From Utricularia gibba (Eukaryota > Plantae > Magnoliophyta), in contig CM007992.1 in the NCBI GenBank assembly GCA_002189035.1, positions 2,604,001-2,668,000 on the forward strand: a stretch of 64,000 bases of DNA. Direction: 5' to 3'. The position numbers and the translations under genes are program-made. Positions 43,050 through 54,000 of the stretch are shown here, in pieces. The notes under the pieces are model-generated. The model ran no database searches and was not told where the DNA came from. It was given only the letters and a program-made list of their open reading frames with translations. The first letter of the stretch is position 1, and every line of letters begins with the position of its first letter.

Positions 43050-44250
43050 ACACTTATTTCGACACCTATATTATGAAAATAAATGTTTACTAATGGGTGT
43101 TTTTTTCACTACACATATTTAGTTGTACTATTCCTAAATTGAGGAATCCAATGTAATTAGGGTTACATCTATTCCAAAACCCTAGCCACCACGATGAAAT
43201 CTTACGATTTTTATTAGCTACCACGATCCACCACAAACCACCGTGATTGTTGACCCATCGCCCTCTTGACCCACCGCGATCGTCCTCGTTTTGTAGCCCG
43301 TCTAATCATGACTCTGGAATTATGTTCTCAAATTCTGGGTTTTATTGTGGTTATTTTAGGTTCATCTTCTTACATCATTCTGCTTTGAATCGTAAGTTTA
43401 TTGGATAAATCTAGAATTATATCGGTTTAATTTATTGTAGCTTTTCAATTGATTTGGTGTCACAGGTTCTAACTATGAGTGATTCGGATACTACGGAATC
43501 ATACGTTTATTTGGAGGAGGAATTTCAATATAAATCCAGTGGATTGCAACCTCCGTGCTTGTTCGATATTGAGCTAGAGTCTAAAATTGAGTGGAAGGAA
43601 GAATGTATACTTCAAGCACATGAGGTTGCCACTCAAGACATTGAACTATATAATCATAAGGATGAAGATATTGTATATTATAATTCGAAATAAGGATAGA
43701 AAAGATTAAATCTTAGATAAGACCTAAACTATTTTGTTATATTAATAATAATTCGGGTTAATATCTAATTATTTCTTTGAGTATCAATAATTCTTTGTGT
43801 CTAATTTATAGATGTAATTTTTATGTGCTATGTTTATAATCATTATGAGCTTACTTATAATGCGTGTGAGTTGGTTCTTATGTGTATTTCTTTAAAGTTT
43901 CTATATATTATTCATAAAAGTCTATTTCTTACTATGTAGTAAATGAATATTATCTAGTAACAAAATAGCAGCATGGGATGCCATCATTACTTATTGTATT
44001 CAGGAATAGATTCAATAGAAATTTAAGAGTAATGACAATAGATACATTTGTGTTGTGTGTGAAGGTGGTCGGGATGAAAAATGTAATTGGGTTATAACTA
44101 TCTCGGGTCCCCGTCCAGATCGAGATTGGCAAGTGTCTAAGTATCATAGTGAGCATTGTAGTTCATGTGACAGAGAGTTGACTAAAAATAAATCTTTAAA
44201 ACTCAAGTATTTAGTGAGACTCTTTGAAGATAAGTTAACAACATGAGATT
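43050..44250 (+). mobile_element. MULE/MuDR remnant: TIR-like GC-rich end and transposase N-terminal zinc-ribbon fragment (boundaries approximate)
   Basis: ORF 44055-44246 (C....KCNWVITIS...DWQVSKYHSEHCS) matches the MuDR C..C.W.I.AS..W.V..Y..H.C pattern. Confidence 0.55.
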
Positions 44251-45380
44251 TATGTACCACATCAACTTAAGAAGAATAAACTACTAGAGTTCTTCATTAA
44301 TATTTCACTTCTATATAAGATTTATCTCTGTTTTCATTTTATGATTTTGTATTTCTATCTTATTGACTCAAACTACTAGGAGCAAACCCATAAGACTCAA
44401 GAAGAAATTGACAAATAGGAATAAGATGCAAGGAAAGCGGTAAAATAGGAATAAGAAGATATTGTTAGTGTAAACTTTACTACTCCTTACGTTAAACTTA
44501 ACATTCTAAAATTAATTTCATACGTGTTAAGATAAACAACATTGTTTATTTTAACAATTACTACCAAACATAATTTTAATTTAACACTCTTGTTAAAATG
44601 TCTTAACAACCTTACCAAACAAGTACTAAAACTAGATGACAAGATGTGTCACACCTTTTCACTACATATCTGATACATTATCTTGTAGTGGCTAGATTCC
44701 TTCTTTAGGAAAAAATACCATCACTTATGGGTTACAGAGCGCTGCGAGGTGTCAGACAACGCACTCCCACACTCTATCAGGTTCCCATGGAAAGTTAATC
44801 ATGTGCCATCAAGTGATAAAGAGAGTACTATCCCTAGCATCTCTATAATTTCCCCTATTTTATCGTCACACAGATCTTCTCTTTCTTGAAAGTTTCTTGG
44901 ATAAGACGGTTCCCAAGCCTATGCCTCAAGTAATAGAGAAAGATTTATTTTCCCCCACAACAAAAATATATCAGGTAAACCTATGTATTATGTTTTTTAA
45001 GTTTTTTGGTTATGAATTATAATAAAAAAACTATCGACTTATGTGAATCTACAAAATAAATACAAAAACAATTTGCCTGATCAATTAACTAATCAAATTT
45101 GAAATGTTAATTGATTCATCTTAAAACACTACTCCAAATATATTCATTTCTTAAAAATTTTCCACGGCGAGAAGGTTTTTCAAGGCGGCAGTCACCTAAC
45201 CTTCAGCAAGAGCCGTGCAGCATCTTAGCCAGCTCTCATCCACGTTGCTCGCATCCACGAAATGCCACAACGCTCACCTTTGTGTTCTCAGTCCCTCATA
45301 AACTCATAGATCATGTAAGCGTAAAGAAAGCACCATCTGTGATTTACATCAAGTATAGATACTGTGAGCACGGCACCATG

Positions 45381-48300
45381 CTACTGAGTGTCGTCCACAA
45401 CCTGAGAACTCCTCAATCCCCAAAAGTATGGGGGCTTCATATTCTTGCGAGTCGCTGTGAAGTACCAGCCCATGTGTGCGCCGCACATGGTGCAGTCAGT
45501 CAATGACCATGCGTACCTATCATTATAACAAGTCATCATCTGGTTACTCTAAGCCTGAATCATAAGAGGCACGGATGGAAACGAAAAAGCCTGAGAATCA
45601 AGAAGAGGATGCTACTAAAGACAGTGAGTGTGAGATACCACCAGAAAACTTTGCCTTGGTTTGCACAGGCATTATCACAGGCCACGGCTAGATTATAATA
45701 TTTGCCAAGGAAGAAGGAAATGGCCTACCCAGGAAACCAACTGTGTTCTTTCACTGGACGCCCTGTGACTCCAATAGCAGTTGTTTTGATGAGTGTCATC
45801 ACCTCGTGGACAAAACCATGCGGGTTTGCGTAAGCACCAAGGGGTCCATCGCTGGACATGACCAGCATATCACTTCGTTTGGCAACAAGAGTCTACAGAT
45901 TAAAAATAACATGTCAGTGTCAATAAAAGCTACTGTAAATGAGTTCGTGCACACACAAGACAAGTTTACCAGACAAGTTTTGCATTTAAGTTTATCAAAA
46001 CTGTCAAGCAACTCAATTTCCTTCCGCAGCCTATATGATGTTCCATCAATCTCCAAAAGCTCCTGCCTTGAGGATTCAGATAGAGGCAATTTACTTGCAA
46101 TATGAAAGGAAAGCAGGTCAGGTTTCATCACAATATTGTCCAAGTTAGGAGTCTTCACAACCTTCTTCCATCTATCTGAAATATTTCAGTCAATGAAGTA
46201 AAATCATTCAAATATAGTGACCACTTCAAGCCGAATCAAGAAAAATGGAATACACCACCGATCATTTTATACAATGAATTATAGAGCAAATGCAGAACAT
46301 GGAACGCATTTGATACAAAGAAACGAGTAGCTTGAAGCATAAGCTTAGAGACCATAACAAGGCATCAAAGTGAGTAATTTATTTTACTTACCTGCTGCTC
46401 TTATGGCAAGTGAATAAGAATCATATATTTGGTAGACCCAACTAGGCCAGAAAGCTCTAGGAGCATCACGAAGCTTGTTTATGGAGTGCCTTCCCCACAG
46501 TATCTGGGACCTTTTTGTGACTCCAGAACACGAATCGGCTAACTTTTTGCTATCTTGGATGGGCGAAGTGGAGTTTTCTAACTGAGATCTCTCTGTCGGT
46601 GATGATACACCAAGATTCTCATCATCACTACTTGACACGTCGGATGCATTAGAATCACCGCATGCGAAGAGTGCAGATTCATGCAGCTGTCTTTCTGCTG
46701 ATGAAAGTCCCCTTTCAAAACTCCCCCAGAGATTTCATCTGAGTCATTTGCTTCCTCGTGTTGCAAATCAAGATGGATTCTGGAAGATGATGATATTAAA
46801 CCAGCAGGCGCTGACTTTCTTAATGGTATCAGTTTACCAACAACATCTCGAGGCATTCGCAGTGGCACATCTTCCTGAATGATCTGAATCTCTCCACACA
46901 ACTGCAGTTGGGGGACGTTTGAGTTGTTGCCTGGGGAAAATATTAGGAAAACAAAACAAAAATTTAATGGTGCTCACCGCTCCATCTACATCAAGCCAGT
47001 GACGCTGCAAACGAAAGCGTTGTTGTCCACGAGCAACAATATTCAATGAGCCATCTTCTAGAGTCCGGAACTGCTTAATCTGTCATCACAGTGGTGAAAA
47101 AACACGAGCAGTAACCAACTGATTGACATTTACACTACAAAGAATCATGATGGAATGGAGGAGAAACATGTCAAATTAATATGGCAGACAACTAAATGAA
47201 TCATGACAAACAGGAGCCTTCACCTAAAGGAAACCATGCAGCCAGGAGCAGAATATAGGACGTAGTTGCCTCCATGTTAGTTAAAAAACCCACTTGAAAG
47301 TGACCAGACAGAAATAAAACCTTCATTTAAAAAAGGCATTCCGACTTTCATGGCATATATTTTCATATCAGAGTCGACAGAATGATGCCATCTTCATCAT
47401 ATTAAAAGGTTTCGTAAAGACATTAAAAATGGATAATTATCCACCTCAGCAGTAGTTCCAATTGTTGAAAACCTTATGCGCCCACTGTCAGCATCTCTGT
47501 ACAATCGACCCTAGAAAACAGGAGAATATGAGACAAATAGAATAGAATTACAACAATAAAAGCACAATAAAACATAAAAAAAAAAACGAAAACATACAAC
47601 ACCAATTGTATAAGGAGCATCTACTTGTCCCATTGCTCGTTGCACACCAGCTATAAGATTAGGGAAAATCACCCTTAGAGGAAGCGTAGCTTCTGGAAAT
47701 AGAACGACTCCTGGTGGAACTCAAAAACAAAGAAGAGTAAAATTGAGCATGCCGTTCCTTGAAATTGATACCTTACAAGTCCCTCTTCTCTTTTTTTGTA
47801 AGCAAATGAGGCTTTTCAATAAAAAAAAAATATTGTGAAAGTGCAACAGTTCTTTCATTTTAACAGTTACAAGGCTGAAAAGTTACTTGTGAAGACCATG
47901 GCATCGCAGAACCCGTTATCAACAAAAAAATCTCCATGAACAAAAAAATTAGAAATAAGAAACCTTGGACTTGGAACTAGGCTGTCCCAAAATGAACCAT
48001 GCATACAGAAGATACAATCCATGGGTACGATTCTTTTACTACCTAAAAGGAATTTAAAAGAGGATACAAAATCGCCACTTTCACTTGGAGATATACACAA
48101 GTACCTTCTAGGTAAAAAAGAGGAAGTGTCAAAACAGCACCACCATCCAAAAACGCAAGTCTATGATGAGTATCTTCAACTTCTGATGCATAAAGTAACA
48201 AAGAGGCCATTCATCCTTTTCTGATTGTAGGTTAATTTTTTTTATGTATATAAACAACCAACAAAATGCTGTACCTCCAAGATACGAATGCAAGGCAACT

Positions 48301-48944
48301 ATGGATATGTCATATAAAGAAGCTCCAGCAGATCCACCATAGCTGCAGAAACAACGGAAAACCATTGAATCATAAAATAAAAAGTAAATTCCAGGGTTAT
48401 GATAGGAAACCCTTCCATTCTCAATGAAACCTATAGTAGGAATTGAGTTTCAATAAATTCTAGGCTCAGTTACAATTTAATTTACACATCGCACCATGCA
48501 CTAACAGGAACTGACACCATCGTCATACACCAACACAAGTATCGACACGCAGCACGCCAAATTTTAAAGAGGAAGCCTTTACAGATTTGAACTCGTATAG
48601 GAAACATTGTGAATTTATGAATGAATATTGCATCACCACCAATATAAGAAAAGCATCTCCCCTCCAGAACTAAGAAAATCCTACTCCACCTTGATTCCGC
48701 CAAAACTCATAAGTACACCATTCTAATTTCATACAGTAGCATGCTCCGACTCAAACTAAAACAGAGAAGACCTGACGAATTTAGGACACAGTTTATCCCA
48801 AAGTTGGAGAAAACTTGAATATTACCCATCATCATCAGACAGCTCTTCTTCCTCAACCTCTTCTATTTCCAACTCCTCATCTTCCAGACCTCGAATATGC
48901 TCCATCTGCAACCTTTCGTGCTCCGAAATTTCTCCCCATTCCAT
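45381..48944 (-). CDS. CRBN: Cereblon homologue (LON N-terminal-like plus CULT/Yippee domain), 10 exons; apparent 1-nt frameshift in exon 7
   Basis: Exons 5'-3': 48944-48826, 48342-48275, 48182-48105, 47710-47598, 47510-47445, 47079-46978, 46901-46392, 46175-45970, 45892-45729, 45516-45381. Motifs include GVVLFPEATLPLR, RGQQRFRL, YANPHGFVHE and [12 protein letters not shown]..HMGW. The chain totals 1562 nt, one short of 3n. Confidence 0.9.
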
Positions 48945-49049
48945 CGATTGATTCTTCTGCAACTTTACTGCGAAACAAAAATTGCGGGAGTATAGGGGTT
49001 AAATTTTACAATTTATTGCACATATTTTATATTAAAAAACAAATAAAAA

Positions 49050-49057
49050 TAGGGTTT
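49050..49057. promoter_or_regulatory. Telo-box (TAGGGTTT / AAACCCTA) in the shared CRBN-YBEY upstream region
   Basis: Exact interstitial telomere motif inside the 187-bp ATG-to-ATG interval. Confidence 0.5.
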
Positions 49058-49131
49058 GGCTTATTATTTTATTTATTATTGTTGCGCTATCGCTTTTTTC
49101 AATCTCCTTTACTCCGTGAACTTCCTCCGGC

Positions 49132-52100
49132 ATGGGATTGACGGCGCGTGCTCTTTCCCGAGCTCTGCCTCCCATACTGTCTTCTTCGGTGCAGCTTCGG
49201 ATTCTGCCTACGTTTTCGCGTTGTTCATTTCAATCAACTCGCTTTCGTGCAGAGACCGACGATTGCACTGTAAATCGCGTATCCAATTGCAAAACCTCCA
49301 TCTTTAATTTGGGTGGAAGACGCAATGTTGCGGTATCGATGGCGCGACGTGATTATACGAATCCTAGGGGAAAAAGAGTGGCAGCAGCGAGGAAGAGTAA
49401 GCGGAAGGAGTTGGAGCTTAGTGTGACGATCGGCATTGAGGAACACCTTCCCGAAGATCCTGAGATTATGGTAGTTGTTTTGATTCTGGATCTTGATGCA
49501 TGGCTACGGAATTTGCTTCCTCAAGGTGTTCGTGCTATTTGTTTTGATGATGATTATTTTGCGCAATGTTTTTATGGTAGGATCTTGCTGAACTGATGCG
49601 AGTAAATGTACCGATGGCCATGAGACAAGTGTTTGATCGTCTTAGTACTTCAGAGTACATAACCAGAGAGAGTATCATAAAGGATGCTGGCGGTTTTGAA
49701 AGCATTGAGTTGTCAGTACTTCTTTGCGATGATGAATTTATTCGAAAACTAAATAAAGATTGGAGAGATGAAGATCGCCCCACTGATGTGCTTTCATTGT
49801 CTCAACACATGCCTGAACTGAATCTTCCAATTGTAAACACCTGCTGATATTCACTCGTGAAGATTATTATTTACCGCATCGCTTATAGATACATTCTTGC
49901 GCAGCTAATGTTGGGTGATGTAGTAATTTCTGTGGAGACAGCAGCACGCCAGGCAGAGCAAAGGGGGCATTCTCTTCTTGATGAAATGCGCATCCTCGTG
50001 GTTGGTTCCGTGATCCTGTTTATGCAAATGGATACAAATTCAAACACGTAGGATTCAATTAGCATGCTTCGCATTTCAGCAGCTAGGCTATGTTCTTTGC
50101 CTCACCGTTTAGAGCTTGTTGTGTCTTATCATGTTCCCCTGATCTCTAGTTACTTTAGCTTTTCTCATACTATTTCATTTTTTTATTGGATATTTTTCCT
50201 CTAGGTTCATGGCCTCCTGCATCTTGTAGGATTTGACCATGAGTTAAGTGATGAGGCTGAAAAAGAAATGGAGAATGAAGAGGAAAGTTTGTTGAAAGGT
50301 CTTGGTTGGAAGGGAAAGGGTCTGATACAGAGTGCAAATGACACCTGCGTTGATGGTACAGGAGATCTTGATACTTCAGTTGGTGAGAACTAAAGCATTC
50401 AGATAGCGACTTTCTCCTTGTTTTATCATTAAACCGCAAGCTTTTTTTAGACCAATTGTTTTGTAGTATGTGAGAGGTAATTACGTTTCTCAATTTTCAA
50501 AAGACAGGAAGAGGGGAGTTCGTCACTTTGACAGACCGAAATTTAGATATATCTTCTGTGACATGGATGGTAAACTTTTCGCGGACTTATTTTATTACAT
50601 TTTCCCGGATTCACTCATTTGAACTAAGAAAAACTGCTTTTCCCACTAATCTTACTGGTGGCTTTGGTTAGGTACATTGCTCAACAGCAAAAGCTTAATT
50701 TCATTATCAAATGCAAAAGCACTAAGGGAGGCTGCCTCAAGAGGTGTAAATGTGGTGATAGCTACAGGAAAAGTGAGCTGTAAACAATTACATTATGTCT
50801 CACTGTTTCCTTCAATTCTGTTCGGGTTTATCTGTACAAAAACTCCTGCTGATATTTTTTTGTCAATGATTAATAACTATTCAGGCACGTCCAGCCGTTA
50901 TGCATGCTTTGAAGGGAGCAGATTTGGCTGGAAAAGATGGCATATTTTCAGAATTCTCACCTGGGGTTTTTGTTCAGGTTTCCCTATATTGCGAGCCTTG
51001 CCTTTTGCATTTCTCAGCTTAAAACGTTACAATTTTTTGTTGTTCATACTTCATTTTTCTTTGTTTAAGCAGCCGCTAGATCCTCGTATGTCTTAGAGCA
51101 TAGCAATAATTTAGCATGGATGCTTCAGTATGCTCTAAAAAACTGTGATAATTTCCCCACAGAATCGCTATTTAAAGCACTTTTTTGTTAGGGATTGATG
51201 GTTTATGGAAGGCAAGGCCGGGAGATATTCAAGAGGAATTTGGAACATAATGTATGCAGAGAGGTGAGATGGTTTCCTGTGAACCATTCTTGGTTTATTA
51301 GTCAGTTGGGATTTTCTGTTATTATATTTTCCTTATTGTTAAAAGCTCTGTTCTCCGTTACATTGTGAGCGTTTCAATGCTTCCCACTTCTAAGATCCTA
51401 TTACAGTTGAAGATTTTCTCTTCTTGTTTATTTCATCTACTTGCTTCTTTTTTTTTTTTTTCTGTAACACAGGCACTCAATTACTCCCTCAAGCATGAAA
51501 TTCCTATTATTGCTTTTTGCAAGGACAGGTGCTTAACATTGTTTGAGCACCCTCTGGTTGAGCTACTTCACACGATATATCATGAACCAAAGGTGCTTTA
51601 GTTATGTTGCATATACATGCATAGCGAAGCTGTGCAGCTGTCTGAAAACATTTGTATACTTTGAACAGGCAGAGATTATACCTTCAGTGGAACAGTTCCT
51701 TTCCGCTGCTGAAATACAGGTGTTACTCACAAGGCCTATATCAATGTTCCTGCCTGTCATGTTTTACTAAATTATTTACAACCCCCTCCATCAAATCATT
51801 TTTATTTACTAAATGTCAACTTCGACATACATTCAAGTCCTGCACTTACAGTTTTGCCATTCAATTTACGTTTCTTTTGTGTCCAATGACGGTTGGGAAT
51901 GAATCAAATTGCAGAAGCTGATATTCATGGACAATGCTGAAAGAGTTGGAAGTACGCTGCGCCCCTACTGGGAAGTAGCAACCAAAGGTCGTGCCTCTGT
52001 TGTCCAGGCCGTACCAGATATGCTTGAGATTGTTCCCCGGGAACATCAAAGGGAAAGGGAGTGAAACTGCTTCTTGATCATTTAGGCATCACACCGGAAG

Positions 52101-52354
52101 AGGTATCTCCCAACCTCATTTCCAAACGAACCACCTGTTTTGAAACCTGGATCCGTGGAAAAAATTTGGCTTGATGGCTTTGACAGGTGATGGCCATTGG
52201 GGATGGGGAGAACGACATAGAGATGCTGCAGTTGGCTTCTCTAGGGATTGCTCTCAGTAATGGGTCCGAAAAGGCGAAGGCCGTTGCGGATGTCATTGGA
52301 ATCAGCAACGATGAAGATGGAGTCGCTGATGCCATATACAAATACGCTCTCTGA
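49132..52354 (+). CDS. YBEY: Chloroplast endoribonuclease YbeY fused to a HAD/Cof-type hydrolase, 12 exons; apparent 1-nt frameshift in exon 11
   Basis: Exons: 49132-49470, 49581-49832, 49905-50000, 50205-50382, 50504-50569, 50672-50772, 50885-50977, 51192-51263, 51473-51592, 51669-51719, 51915-52102, 52187-52354. Motifs include LNKDWRDEDRPTDVLS, HGLLHLVGFDH, CDMDGTLL and AIGDGENDIEML, after a Ser/Arg-rich transit-peptide-like N-terminus. The chain totals 1724 nt, one short of 3n. Confidence 0.92.
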
Positions 52355-52849
52355 AACCTTATTATTTATTCTTCGTCCGTAACAGATCAGTGGAAAATAT
52401 CCAAGAATACAATAATGAACATACTAAATGTCATTCTAGAAGTTATTTTACTCAAATGATTAGTCAGGATACTCATTATACAAAGTTGGTGCGAAAACAT
52501 CACCCCAATCAGAGCATTCCAGAGTGCTCTCAACAATGGCCACATATTCATCACCATTATTATTGCTTTCATTATAATATCCATCTACTTTAGTTTCAAC
52601 TCGATCATATTGTGAATGAAATTATGCAATAATCCACATAAAAGTATAATATCAATTTGAGTTTTGAATAAAGTTGTATTATATACTTTGTAAAATAGCC
52701 CAATATGTTTTTTGAATTCCAAATGTCCTCTCAATAATATTTCAAATTCTAGAATGATTGATACTGAAATAATCACAAAAAATTTGTGAATCTTGAGCGC
52801 TTTGACACCATTCTTTTAGGTGGAATCATACACATCGATATCTAGTAAG

Positions 52850-54000
52850 AAAACCTTTATTATTTGTATAGTCATTGTCACAAAATAGTAAATTATAACC
52901 AAATATACGAGAAGTTATACAATTTAATATAATGAAAAAGAACAAAATAAAGGGACTTTAGTTTCACAAACACAATCCATTTTCTCTAGATAAAAACATC
53001 ATGTAATTACTATCCATGGCTGATTCTTCCATACTGAAGTATACAAATATGAAATTCATATTTTGATTACAAACACTCAAAACATTAGTGCTGATCTTAC
53101 CCTTTGATTCCTAAATCTTGATTTAAGACCATATGTTGCTCTAACTTCAATGTACATACCATCTAGAGGTTTACACAATGTTATTTACAAATAAAAAAAT
53201 AATTTAAGATAATGCAAAAGTATCACGGCTTGAATTTACTAGTTGCATTTTCATTATTTATGGATTGCAATTTCTCAAGAAACTTATCATGAACACACTC
53301 AATAATGATTTAAAGTACCTGCTTACTGTCCATGTTATGCAACAACATGATAATGTCATCTTCTATGAGTGATACCCAAATGAATATGGGGGATATTGTC
53401 TTAGTTGATGAGGGTTAGATACATTGGAGAGACTTATAATGATGTTGAATGTGCCAAATTTTGTGAATGAGTATTGTTAAGGACAAATCACTTGTTTGTC
53501 AGCATTCATTGTGAGACTATTATAAGTCACTTGCTTATTATGTTTTTAATCATTTGTTGTGGGGAGGGACTTCTTTAAGACCTTATTTTGTTGTTAACAA
53601 CTTGTCATACGCAGATTCAAATATTGAATTTAAAACACCACCAATTCACTGCACATACCAGGTATTGCAAATGTTGAATTCTGGTGCATGGATAACAACC
53701 ATGCATCACATGTGTTTCATTTGATCGTAATGAATGTTGGAATGTGATCTAACATTTTTTTATACCTAAATCAATTTCTATGTCCTAATCTAAGAATGGA
53801 TTAGATCATCAATGGATGTCTTCTACTTACGTAGATTATACAAGTTCAAATCTTATTTACACACATAATTTAAAATGGATGTGGAATCTAGGCACCAGAA
53901 ATCCTAGATTATAGTGCTTGAACATCAAAGTGCTTGTATGTCTATTTGAGACATTGTAAACATAGAATTGTAGTGTCTGAAATATGTTCCTATTTAAAGT
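52850..54000 (-). mobile_element. Heavily decayed PIF/Harbinger nuclease remnant (boundaries approximate)
   Basis: Scattered motifs on the minus strand (LGHRN*FR, GLKEVPP, IMLLHNM) occur in the order expected for plant Harbinger transposases. Confidence 0.35.

Noticed and set aside
48482-48703. 73-aa ORF in cereblon intron 1 considered as an extra exon
   Set aside because: Exons 1 and 2 already join in phase, and the peptide does not resemble cereblon.
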